A stretch of DNA of 64,000 nt from Planctomycetota bacterium (GTDB taxonomy: Bacteria > Planctomycetota > JAJSAM01 > JAJVHW01). The position numbers and the translations under genes are program-made. The stretch is from NCBI GenBank assembly GCA_965248445.1, contig CBDFJG010000004.1:800001-864000 (forward strand), read 5' to 3'. The stretch's first letter is position 1, and each line of letters opens with the position of its first letter. The notes below the pieces were generated by a model, which made no database searches, was not told the origin of the DNA, and was given only the letters and a program-made list of their open reading frames with translations. Of the stretch, positions 20,154 to 31,010 are shown piece after piece.

Positions 20154-21482
20154 TCAGGCGAAGATCGACTTCACGACGCGCCCCTCCTTGGGCGTCAGCG
20201 TGATCGGACGGTCGTTGGCCTCGTACTCCGTCCACGGGTCGACGCCGAACGCATGCCAGATGCTCGCGTGCAGGTCCGGCACCTTGACCGGGTCGCCCTT
20301 GGGGGCCTCGCCGTTCGCGTCGGTCTCGCCGATCACCTGGCCACCCATCACGCCGCCGCCCGCGAGCAGCGACGAGAACGCGCGCGAGTAGTGATCGCGG
20401 CCGCCCCGCGGGTTGATCCGCGGCGTGCGGCCGAACTCGCTGACGCACATGACGAGCGTCGAGTCGAGCATGCCCCGCGCCTTCAGGTCGTCGATCAGCG
20501 CCGACAACCCCGTGTCGAGATCCGCACAGAGCGCCTCGACCCGGTTGAAGTTGTCGTCGTGCGTGTCCCAGCCGTTCAGGGTCACCTCGACGCAGGAGAC
20601 GCCCGACTCGAGCAGGCGCCGCGCCAGGAGCGTGCCCTGGCCGAACCGCGAGGATCCGTACATCTCGCGGTCCTTCGGCTTCTCCTGCTCGATGTCGAAC
20701 GCCGCGCGGAGCGGCGAGTCCATCAGGCGCTTGGCCTTGACGAACATGTCGTCGTGGCCGGCGCGCACCGCGTCGCCGTGCGACTTGGCGAACCCGTCCT
20801 GCAGGGATTCCAGCAGGTCGAGACGTCGCTCGACGCGGTCCTGCCCGACCGCCGCGTGGTACTCCATGTTCTGGGGCTTGCGATCCGCGCGCTGCAGCAC
20901 CAGCGGTGCGTGCTTCACGCCGAGGAAAGCGGAGCTGTCCTGCGAGGGACCGATCGACACGAAGTTCGGCAGCTCGAAGTCGGACGGCCCGATCTCCCGC
21001 GACACACCGGAGCCGATGGTTGGGTGCTTGACCGTGGCCTCGGGCGAGTAGCCCGTGTGCACCAGCGTGCGGGCGCGGCTGTGATTGCCCTCGGACGACG
21101 TCATGCTGCGGATCAGCGTGAGGTCGAGCATCCGGGCGGCGAGCTTCGGCAGGTGCTGGCCGAGCACGACGCCGGGGATCTTGGTCTTGACCGGCACGAA
21201 CGATCCGCCGGTCTCGCGGCCGGGCTTCGGGTCGAACGTGTCGATGTGCGACGCGCCGCCAGCCAGGTAGACCAGCACCGCGCGCTTTGCCTTGCCGTGT
21301 CCGGCGAGGGCGTCACCCGGCGGAACCGGGCGATCGTCGGCGAACGCCGTCTTCAGGCCGGCGCCGGAGAGGGCCGCCGCCGCAGTGGCAAGCAGCGAGC
21401 CGCGTAGGACTCCGCGGCGCGTGCAGCACGCGTCGGCGACCAGCTTCGAGCCGGTGACGTTGTCGGGGACGTGGATGCGCAT
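20154..21482 (-). CDS. DUF1501 domain protein (Tat-exported)
   Basis: TRRGVL twin-arginine motif; YLAGGASHIDTFDPKP, LLARRLLESGV, WDTH, SEFGRTPRIN..GRDH. Confidence 0.93.
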   Translation of the reverse strand: MRIHVPDNVTGSKLVADACCTRRGVLRGSLLATAAAALSGAGLKTAFADDRPVPPGDALAGHGKAKRAVLVYLAGGASHIDTFDPKPGRETGGSFVPVKTKIPGVVLGQHLPKLAARMLDLTLIRSMTSSEGNHSRARTLVHTGYSPEATVKHPTIGSGVSREIGPSDFELPNFVSIGPSQDSSAFLGVKHAPLVLQRADRKPQNMEYHAAVGQDRVERRLDLLESLQDGFAKSHGDAVRAGHDDMFVKAKRLMDSPLRAAFDIEQEKPKDREMYGSSRFGQGTLLARRLLESGVSCVEVTLNGWDTHDDNFNRVEALCADLDTGLSALIDDLKARGMLDSTLVMCVSEFGRTPRINPRGGRDHYSRAFSSLLAGGGVMGGQVIGETDANGEAPKGDPVKVPDLHASIWHAFGVDPWTEYEANDRPITLTPKEGRVVKSIFA

Positions 21483-21506
21483 GGCTGGTTCTTCCTGTGT
21501 CGGCTG

Positions 21507-23453
21507 CTAGTTGTTGCTCGAGAACTCGCTCGAGGAAATCAGCGCCCAGAGGAGGTCGGCGTACGCCGCGTGCTCGCGGAGTTCACCGGTGCGCCGGCGC
21601 TTCTTCGCCTTGTTCTTCTTCGTCTTGCCGTCCGTCGGCACCGTCTCCTCGACGGTCTTCGCGGTCTTCGCGAAGTGCGTGAACTTGTTGAGTTCCTTCG
21701 CTGTCGGTTCGCGGGACAGCGTCCGCAGGAACAGGTGGCGCACGCACTCCCGCACCGTGTCGTAGTCACCGACGATCTGCGGGATCACGGAGACGTTCTT
21801 TTGCACCAGGGCGTTGTTGATGACGTCGCTGTTGAGTAGGAAGAGACCCTGCGGAACGGTGCCGGAGAACGACTCCGACTCGCCGCCCTCGTCGTCCTCG
21901 AACGTCTGGAAGTAACTCCGCGCCATGCTGGCGAGGATGCGCTCGACGCGCGTCATCTCCGTGCCGTCGGTGCCCATCATCATCCCGCCCCGTCCGCCCG
22001 TCATGTCGACCGACGACGGCGAGCCGCCATACAACCCGCTCATGCGCGCACCGTCCTTGCGGACGCCCAGCGCGACCTGAAGAGAGTCGAACGTCTGCTG
22101 GGGCGTGATCTCCTTGAGTGGACCGGCTGAGAAGAACTCGTCGGCGAGCGGCGTACGCTCGGGTACCGAGGTCGAGAGCTGGTACGCCTTGGTGGCGGCG
22201 ATGACGCGCACCAGCCGCTTCAGGTCGAACGCGTGGTCCGCCGTGTCCTCGGCCAGCACGTCGAGCGCCTGTGGAACGGACGGGATGTTGACGCTGCTGA
22301 AGTCGTCGATCGGGTGGACGATGCCGCGCCCGAACATCCAGCCCCAGTACCGGTTGGCCAGCGCCTTCGCCGTGTAGGGGTTCTCCGTGTCGGTGATCCA
22401 ACCGGCGAGACCCGAACGGCGGGTCGCACTCGCCTTGGGATCAAAGTCGCTGCCGAGCAGGTACTTCGGCGTCACCTTGGCGATCTCGCCCAGCTCACGC
22501 TCCGCCCGTCGGCGCAGGTTGCGTGCAACGCCCCCGCGGCCGGTCGTGGCCATCAACTCGACGTCCTGGATGTTGCGCGTACGCGGCCGGCGGCGGTTCG
22601 CCTGCTGGCGCGCCTTGTCCTCGGCCATGCCCTGCTTGATGAGTGCCTGCACCTGCTGTTCGTAGCGCCGCTCGGCCCGCTCTGCGGCCCGCGCTCCGAG
22701 GATCGAGTAGTCGATCCGCTCGGGGACGCCGACCGTGGTGCCCCAGAACGCTGCGAAGCCGTTGAAGTCGGCCTGCGTGATCTCCTCGTACGGGTGATCG
22801 TGACACTGCGCGCACTGGATCTGCACGCCGAGGAAGTGCTTGCTGACCGCGCCGGCCATATCCGTGGCGGAGTGGGCGCGGCGGCCGGCGTAGTTCACGG
22901 CGCCGTTCTCGTACCCGGTGCCTTTCGCAGTCAGGAGGTCGGTGACCAGCTCCGCGTAGGGGCGATCCGCTTCGAACTGCTGCTCGAGCCAGCGGCGAAA
23001 CAGCCCGGGCACGTAGTCGCGGTTGTTGTCGTTCGTACCCTCTCCGACCAGCGTGCTGCCCCACAGGTTCGTGAAGTGGCGGGCGTACCCCGGTGTGTCG
23101 AGGAGGTGATCCACGAGGCGTGCGCGCTTGTCCTCGGCGTCGTCCCGGACGAACAGGAGGACCTGGTCCGCAGTCGGAATCGTGCCGACGATGTCGAGGT
23201 ACACGCGGCGCACGTACTCCTCGTCGGTGCACGTGCCCGGAGGCACGAGGCCCTCGCGATCCCACGCCGCGGCAACGAGGAAATCGAGGTCCATCGCCAC
23301 GTCGGCGGGAGTGCGGGACGGATCGTCGCGCTTGACCGCGGGCCCGTCGGAGGTCGCGCCGTCGCGCCCGAACACCTCCGGAGCGAACGGGAACGCGGCG
23401 AGCACGGCGGCGACGCCCACTCCTGCGATCAATCTGATGGAAGGCCTGCGCAT
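21507..23453 (-). CDS. DUF1549/DUF1553 domain protein
   Basis: YVRRVYLDIVGTIP, FLGVQIQCAQCHDHP, NRYWGWMFGRGIVHPIDD, and LWALISSSEF. Confidence 0.93.
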   Translation of the reverse strand: MRRPSIRLIAGVGVAAVLAAFPFAPEVFGRDGATSDGPAVKRDDPSRTPADVAMDLDFLVAAAWDREGLVPPGTCTDEEYVRRVYLDIVGTIPTADQVLLFVRDDAEDKRARLVDHLLDTPGYARHFTNLWGSTLVGEGTNDNNRDYVPGLFRRWLEQQFEADRPYAELVTDLLTAKGTGYENGAVNYAGRRAHSATDMAGAVSKHFLGVQIQCAQCHDHPYEEITQADFNGFAAFWGTTVGVPERIDYSILGARAAERAERRYEQQVQALIKQGMAEDKARQQANRRRPRTRNIQDVELMATTGRGGVARNLRRRAERELGEIAKVTPKYLLGSDFDPKASATRRSGLAGWITDTENPYTAKALANRYWGWMFGRGIVHPIDDFSSVNIPSVPQALDVLAEDTADHAFDLKRLVRVIAATKAYQLSTSVPERTPLADEFFSAGPLKEITPQQTFDSLQVALGVRKDGARMSGLYGGSPSSVDMTGGRGGMMMGTDGTEMTRVERILASMARSYFQTFEDDEGGESESFSGTVPQGLFLLNSDVINNALVQKNVSVIPQIVGDYDTVRECVRHLFLRTLSREPTAKELNKFTHFAKTAKTVEETVPTDGKTKKNKAKKRRRTGELREHAAYADLLWALISSSEFSSNN

Positions 23454-23565
23454 GACTCTCGTGTCTCCGCTGCGTGTCTCAGCTGGGCTGCGTTACAGCC
23501 AAGGTACCAACCCCGCTCCCCCGATCCGGTTTCGTGACCGCGCTCGGGGAGGCGAACATCCGAGG

Positions 23566-24141
23566 GTGAGCCGGCCCCCCGAGTCCCCAGAACCAGCGGA
23601 ACCGAGAGAACCGCTTCCGGTCTGGCCGGACGCGCCCCGGCACCGGCCGGAGGCCCCCCTTCCCTCTTATCGGTTCCAGCCCGGCGTCCACCCACACCCC
23701 CGGCGCGATCCGGACGGCAGCCTCTACGGCTTCCCCGAGCACGCCCCCGGGCTCCCGGCCTCGGAGTGGCGGCAGGACGAGTCATGGCTGGTCGGGCTCG
23801 ACCTCTACCACCAGGGCTACCTCTGGGAGGCCCACGAGGCTCTCGAGGCGTGCTACTTCGCGAGCGAGGACCGACGCGACCGCGCCCTCGTCCAGGGAGT
23901 CATCCAGCTCGCGGCCGCTCTGCTGCAGCACCACCGCCGCATCGAGAACGGCGTGCGACGGCTGGCGCGTGCCTCGCACACGAAGCTCGTCGCGGCCGTC
24001 GACGACGACGCCCCGACGCTGCGCGGCATCGACGTCGCGGCGCTGGCGTCGGACGTCGCGCGGCACTTCGCCGCCGCTCTCGGCGACGGGGACCCGCTCG
24101 AGGTCGCCGGCCGGCCGCCGCGGCTGGCTGTCAGCGACTGA
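23566..24141 (+). CDS. DUF309 domain protein
   Basis: GLDLYHQGYLWEAHEALEACY..QGVIQLAAA and PGVHPHP N-terminal motif; start approximate. Confidence 0.85.
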   Translation: MSRPPESPEPAEPREPLPVWPDAPRHRPEAPLPSYRFQPGVHPHPRRDPDGSLYGFPEHAPGLPASEWRQDESWLVGLDLYHQGYLWEAHEALEACYFASEDRRDRALVQGVIQLAAALLQHHRRIENGVRRLARASHTKLVAAVDDDAPTLRGIDVAALASDVARHFAAALGDGDPLEVAGRPPRLAVSD

Positions 24142-24969
24142 TCACGCGGTCTGCAGGAACCGCGCCCACTCCGTTCCACCGAGCGCGTGCTCGACGTCCA
24201 CCCAGTTCAGCACGACCTCCTTCAGCGGACGGCGGGCCTGCTTGACGAGCGGACTCCCGGCCGGCCGCGGCGTGACGCCGAGGAACTGCTGGACCTCCGC
24301 GACGACGCGGTCGGGCTCGGCGGAGAGCTCCTCGTACACGATGCGGTGGATCCGCTCGGGCGCGAACAGTGCGGCGGCGGCCGCCGCCCGCCGGCCGTAC
24401 TGCGCGAAGAACGCGAGGAGGTCCTGCGGATCGACCACGATCGGCCCAGTGGCGACGAGTGCGCTCTCCGCCTCTCCCACATCCGTGCTCGACATCGCAC
24501 CGGTGCGCTGCGCGACGAGCGCGGACACCCGCAGCCGGAGCAGGTTCTCCCGCACCAGGTGCACGACGCGCACGCCGTCCGCAGCCAGCCGCTCCGCGAG
24601 GCCGGGGACCGGCTTGAGCAGGACTTGCGGATAGAACAGCTTGAACCCGACAGCGCGGATGCCGGGGGGCTGCTCGCGGAACGGCCCGTCGGACAGGAAG
24701 CCGAGCGGGTCCGCGTCGCGCAGCGCGGCGACGCGCTCGGCGTGCAGCGGCCGGGCGCGCGCCGTTCCCCAGAACACGCGGTGAGGCGAGAACAGCTCGG
24801 AGTACGCCACGACCTCGGGATGTGAATCGAGCAGCGTGCGCAGGTAGTTCGAACCGGTTCGGTACCAACCGAGCAACACGAACTGAACGTAGTCCCGACC
24901 GCCGGGCATGACGCCCAGGTCCACTGCACGATGGGAGAGCGCCTGCACGGCGCGCGAGAGGCTGCTCAC
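24142..24969 (-). CDS. Sulfotransferase (Stf0-like)
   Basis: 5'-PSB loop RTGSNYL, LDSHP, VGFKLFY, and LVRENLLRLRVS 3'-PB motif. Confidence 0.82.
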   Translation of the reverse strand: MSSLSRAVQALSHRAVDLGVMPGGRDYVQFVLLGWYRTGSNYLRTLLDSHPEVVAYSELFSPHRVFWGTARARPLHAERVAALRDADPLGFLSDGPFREQPPGIRAVGFKLFYPQVLLKPVPGLAERLAADGVRVVHLVRENLLRLRVSALVAQRTGAMSSTDVGEAESALVATGPIVVDPQDLLAFFAQYGRRAAAAAALFAPERIHRIVYEELSAEPDRVVAEVQQFLGVTPRPAGSPLVKQARRPLKEVVLNWVDVEHALGGTEWARFLQTA

Positions 24970-24993
24970 GGGCGCGGAGTCTACTCCGAACCC

Positions 24994-26046
24994 TCAGATC
25001 CACCGCTTGCGGCGGAAGAACAGGAGCATCGCCACGGCCACGATCGCCATGACTCCGAGCAGTGCGGGGTAGGCCCACGCCTGCTTGAGTTCGGGCATGT
25101 TCTCGAAGTTCATGCCGTAGACACCCGCCAGGAACGACAGCGGCATGAACACCGTCGCGATTACGGTCAGCACGCGCATGGTCTCGTTGAGTCTCGAGTC
25201 GAGCTTCGTCAGATACAGGTCTCGTACGCTGCTGACGAGGTCGCGCAGCGTCTCACTCGTCTCGATGACGTGCAGGACGTGGCCGTGCAGGTCACCGAAG
25301 CAGGCCCGGGCGCCGTCCCCGATCAGCGGACTCTCCGTGCGCAGCAGCGCCCCCACCCCATCGCGCAGCGGCCAGACCGCCCGCCGCAATCGAACCAACT
25401 GAGACCGCGCCCGGTGCAAGCCGCCGAGCGTCGGGGGCGCTTTGCCCGCCTCGACCGTGCTTTCGAGCTTCTCGATGCGCGTCTCGAGTCCTTCGAGGAG
25501 TGCGAAGTAACCGTCGACGCACTGCTCGAGCAGCGCGTGCGCCAGACGATCGGATCCCTCGCGACGCAATCGCCCCCGCTCGCCGGTCACGCGCGTGCAA
25601 ACCGGGCCGAACGGATCGCCGTGGTCGAACGAGAGCGAGAGCACGTAACCGCGGCCCACGATCACGGCGGCGTGGACGGACCGCACGCGCGTATCGACGA
25701 GAGAGAGCAGCTTGAACGTGATTCCCAGATGCTCGTCGGATTCGGTGCTGAGCGCCGGCCGCCGCACCGGATCCGCGACATCGCCGACCAGCCGCGGCGG
25801 AACCCCGAACACCTGTCCCCACCGCAGCGCGAGGCCCGCGCACCCCGGACCGGCCGCATCGATCCAGAGCACCTGACCCGAACGCAGTTCGCCGGCCAGA
25901 GTGTCGAGCTCGGAGGGCGCGACGTCGCGCTCCTCGAACTCGTCGCCGTCGTAGCGACGCAGCGTGACTCGCACGTCATCCCCGGCACCGGCGCGCTCGC
26001 CAGGTTGCTCGAACCACGACGATGCCGGGGGCTCGTTGACGCTCAC
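24994..26046 (-). CDS. corA: Magnesium/cobalt transporter CorA
   Basis: LNETMRVLT..FLAGVYGMNFENMPEL with two C-terminal TM helices. Confidence 0.93.
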   Translation of the reverse strand: MSVNEPPASSWFEQPGERAGAGDDVRVTLRRYDGDEFEERDVAPSELDTLAGELRSGQVLWIDAAGPGCAGLALRWGQVFGVPPRLVGDVADPVRRPALSTESDEHLGITFKLLSLVDTRVRSVHAAVIVGRGYVLSLSFDHGDPFGPVCTRVTGERGRLRREGSDRLAHALLEQCVDGYFALLEGLETRIEKLESTVEAGKAPPTLGGLHRARSQLVRLRRAVWPLRDGVGALLRTESPLIGDGARACFGDLHGHVLHVIETSETLRDLVSSVRDLYLTKLDSRLNETMRVLTVIATVFMPLSFLAGVYGMNFENMPELKQAWAYPALLGVMAIVAVAMLLFFRRKRWI

Positions 26047-27996
26047 TTGCCGCCCGTATATCCGATCTCCGCGAGCCGCTGCGCGGTCTCTGCGTCGATC
26101 TCGCGGGAACGTCCGGTGAGTGCTGTCGCCTCGAGCGCATCGAAGAGGGCGTCCAGTCGCGCCGAGATCTGCAGGAGCAAGAGAGTCTCCCCCTCGCTCT
26201 GATCGCGGCGTTCGTCCTTGTCACGGACGACGTCGTAGAGCGCCTCCCACTTCTCGAGGGGCTGCGTGACCCGCATGTACAGGTGCCGGCCTTCGCGCAA
26301 GCTGCGCAGCTCGACCGGACCCGAGGTCGACTCCGCCAGCAGCACGCGTTTGCCCGGCACGTCCGGTAGCGGTGGAGTTGTCGGGGTGCCTCGCGGGCCG
26401 ATGGGCGTCGAGTCGTCCCGCAGGCAGACCGCGAGAGACGTTCCGGCGCGCCCCTCCTTGCGCCCCCGCGGGTAGACCACGTCGCAGAGATCCAGCAGCG
26501 TGGGGAAGACGTCCAACAGGCTGGCACCCCCCCTGACCGTCAACCCACGTGCACCGGAGTGAAACTGCGCATCCGGGGCGCGCATGATGAGCGGCACCTG
26601 GAGCAGCTCGCGATGCAGGGAGTGGCCGTGGGTCCAGCCGCCGCGGCCCCGCAGCTCCTCGCCGTGATCGGCCACGAACACGACGATCGTGTTGTCGTAC
26701 AGGCCACGTGCCTTCAGCTCATCGATCGTTCGGCCGAACCAGCGCGAGGCGTCGCGCACCTCGCCGTCGTACTGCGCACGCAGGCGCTGCACGAACTCCG
26801 GTGCGGGCTCCGGCGCGACGCTGAACGGGAGCACACCGTTGTACGGGGGCGGAGCCTCGTACGGTGTGCCGCGCGGGAGTCCGAAACTCTCGGCGTCGGT
26901 GCGCGGCGGATCGTACGGCAGGTGCGGCTCCATGATGTGCACGTAGGCGAACCACGGATGCTCGTCCCGCGCATCGAGCCACGGCAGGAGACCCTGCTCG
27001 ACCAGGTGCTGCGCCCCCCGGCCGGCCTCGTGCCCCACACCCCCTGGCTCTCCGACCAGCGAGAGCAGGCGCAACATGAACAGCGCCTTGCCGATCAGCG
27101 TGCCGTTGGCGATCACCGACGGACGCACGTAGTCCACATGATCGAAGCCCTGGCCCAGGCCGAACTCGGGCGACACGAACGGGTTGTCGGTGAACGCGGC
27201 GGTCCGCCAGCCGGACGAACGCAGGACCTCGGCGAGCGTCTCGGCCTCGGGCACCAAGATCTCGCGCGTCTGCACGCACGCGTGCTGCGTCGGGTAGAGC
27301 GAGGTGAAGAGAGACGCCACCGACGGCTTGGTCCACGGCGACGGAGCGCGGCAGTCCTCGAACCGCACGGCGTCCGCGGCGAATGCGTCGATCTCGGGCG
27401 AAGTCTTCTTCTCGTAGCCGTAGCAGCCGAGCGCGTCGGCCCGCAGCGTGTCCACCATGAACACGAGCACATTCGGCCGTTCCGCATCCCGCGCTGTCCG
27501 CGCGCCGACCTTGGGGCCGTCCGGGTCGCTCTCCACGAAGTGCAGGAGACCGGCGACGAACACGCAGACGGACGCCGCGGCTATCCAGCGGCCCCACCGC
27601 ACCTCGTCGTCGCCGGGACCGTGGTAGGCGCGGCGCATCCAGAGGTAGGCAGCGATGAGCAGGAACAGATCGAACACGATCGAGATCCACGATCCGAAGC
27701 TCGGCAGGAATCGCACGTTCACGGACGCGCCGAGGAAGAACGTGGCTCCACCCACGGCGCAGAGCAACGCGGTGGCCCGCCGGGACCAGTCGAAGCGCGT
27801 CGCGATCAGCGCTGCGAGGAGTCCGCACGGGGCGAAAAGAAGCGCGTACACCACCGTGACGTGGACCACATCGCCGTTCCGCACGAGCTCGTTGTTCGAG
27901 AGAATGGAAGTCACCGCATCGGCGAGCCCGACGACGGCGCCGGCCACGACGCCACAGAAGAGCCCGCGCACGAGGAGCGCGAGCAGGCCCGTCCGA

Positions 27997-28019
<23 letters not shown>
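26043..28019 (-). CDS. Membrane-anchored sulfatase-like hydrolase/transferase (alkaline phosphatase superfamily)
   Basis: About 5 N-terminal TMs; VDTLRAD, PWTKPSVASLFT, PHLPY, ADHGE, HGHSL. Confidence 0.85.
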
Positions 28020-29121
<1,102 letters not shown>

Positions 29122-29237
29122 GGGCGTTCTCTCCTCCAGCGGTGCATCGGGCCTGGGATTGACGGCAGGAGGCTACCTGACGCCGACTCTCCGCGGCTAC
29201 TCGGCGTCAGCCTGCGCGGCGCGTAGAAAGACGGTCC

Positions 29238-31010
29238 GTGAGCGAACCTGCGAAGCAGATCGGGAACTACCGCCTCCTGCGCCTTCTGGGCCGCGGTGGC
29301 ATGGGTGCCGTCCACCTGGCCGAACACGAGACGACCGGACAACAGGTGGCGCTCAAGGTCCTGAACGACCTGATGGCCCAGGACGCCAGAACTCTGCGCC
29401 GCTTCGAACTGGAGCAGGAGGCGCTCTCACGCGTCGATCACCCGGGTGTCATCCGCGTGCTCTCGGGTGTGGAGCGGGCGGACGGGCGGACGTTCTTCAC
29501 GATGGAGTTCGTGGACGGTCGGACGCTCGAGATGCTGTTACGGGACGAGTCGCCGCTCACGGCCGCGCGCGCCGTGCGTCTGTCGCGAGGAGTGTTCGCC
29601 GCGCTCGGGGCCGCGCACGACGTCGGGATCGTCCACCGCGACGTGAAGCCGTCCAACGTGATCGTCTCGGGATCGACGGCGACCGAGACCGTGAAGATGC
29701 TCGACTTCGGGCTCGCGCGTCTGGCCGACGGGACCAAGCTCACCACGACCGGTCAAGTGATGGGCACGCTGCACTACATGTCTCCGGAGCAGTGCGAGGG
29801 CTCTTCGGCACTGGATGCGCGCTCCGATGTCTACTCCGCGGGCTGCGTGCTCTTCGAGATGCTCGCGGGACGCCCTCCGTTCGTAGCTGACACGCCCGTG
29901 GCACTGCTGCGCAGCCACGTCGTGAACCCCGCACCCGATCTGGCCGATCTGCGTGGCGACGTGCCTCCGGACCTCGCGCGGCTGGTCGCCGACTGTCTCG
30001 CGAAGCAGCCCGGCGCCCGTCCCGCCGGAGCCGCCGTCGTGCTGGAACGTCTCGAGGCGCTCCCGCCCGTCGGTGAGACGACGGTCTTCCGCGAGGCGGC
30101 GGAGGCAGCAACGGTTGCAGCGTTCGCGGCGCCCGCGGTCGCCGCGCCGACTGTGGTCGCAGCCCCGGCGAAGCGCGGCTTCCCCTGGGCGATCGTGGCG
30201 GTGATCGCACTGCTGCTGGCCGTGGGCCTGGCGTTCGCGCTCGGGCGCGAGAAGGGCCGTGACGACGGCAACGGTGGGAACACCGACGAAACGCACAGCG
30301 GCGCGGCTGCGGTGATGGCGACGCTCGGCACCGCGCTGCGCGGTGGGGACTACGACGCGTTCCAGTCGGTGCTCGGCCCGAAGTTGCGGCAGGACCTCCC
30401 CGCACGTGGGGCGTTCGAGAGCGCGCTCGCCGACGTCGATGCACGCGACTTCTCCCCGGGACTCGTCGGCGGCAACGTCGAGGACGGGCGCATGCGTGTC
30501 GTCATCAACGGCGCCGCGCTGCCCGCCGCGCTGGGCCTGGATTCTGCCGACACGCGGAACGGGGTCCGGCTCGACATCGACAGTCTGGACGGCCGCTGGT
30601 ACGTCATTTCCGCCAAACCCGCGAAGGCGCGCGTGGGTGACAGCGACCCGCTGCGTCGCGCGGCCGAGCGAGCCGTACGGCAGGCCTTCACGCCACCGGC
30701 GCTCTTCAAGACGCTCGACATGGCCGGTATCGACCGCATGGCCGCCGGGAAGACCGAACGCATGAGGGAGTTCCGCCGGGCCGTCCGCGACGGCGAGCGC
30801 ATGCCGCCGCAAGTGCGGTTCTCGCTGGACGCCGACGACTACGACCTGGAGACACAGACGTGGCGAGTCACGGTGCGGATCCCCGACGTCGCCGGGGCGT
30901 TAGGAGACGACTCAGCCCGCTTCGAGGTCGTGCTCGCCCCGGGTGGGAGACGCCCGAATCAGCGCGCCGGCTTCCGCGTCGTCGAAGCGAAGCTGATCCG
31001 CGACGATTAG
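29238..31010 (+). CDS. Membrane-bound Ser/Thr protein kinase (Hanks type)
   Basis: LGRGGMGAV, VALK, HRDVKPSN, DFGLA, YMSPEQ, DVYS; TM helix followed by an extracytoplasmic domain. Confidence 0.95.
   Translation: MSEPAKQIGNYRLLRLLGRGGMGAVHLAEHETTGQQVALKVLNDLMAQDARTLRRFELEQEALSRVDHPGVIRVLSGVERADGRTFFTMEFVDGRTLEMLLRDESPLTAARAVRLSRGVFAALGAAHDVGIVHRDVKPSNVIVSGSTATETVKMLDFGLARLADGTKLTTTGQVMGTLHYMSPEQCEGSSALDARSDVYSAGCVLFEMLAGRPPFVADTPVALLRSHVVNPAPDLADLRGDVPPDLARLVADCLAKQPGARPAGAAVVLERLEALPPVGETTVFREAAEAATVAAFAAPAVAAPTVVAAPAKRGFPWAIVAVIALLLAVGLAFALGREKGRDDGNGGNTDETHSGAAAVMATLGTALRGGDYDAFQSVLGPKLRQDLPARGAFESALADVDARDFSPGLVGGNVEDGRMRVVINGAALPAALGLDSADTRNGVRLDIDSLDGRWYVISAKPAKARVGDSDPLRRAAERAVRQAFTPPALFKTLDMAGIDRMAAGKTERMREFRRAVRDGERMPPQVRFSLDADDYDLETQTWRVTVRIPDVAGALGDDSARFEVVLAPGGRRPNQRAGFRVVEAKLIRDD

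Noticed and set aside
18534..21407. 957-aa + strand ORF
   Set aside because: Antisense to DUF1501 and the carboxypeptidase-repeat gene; Arg/Ala-rich shadow
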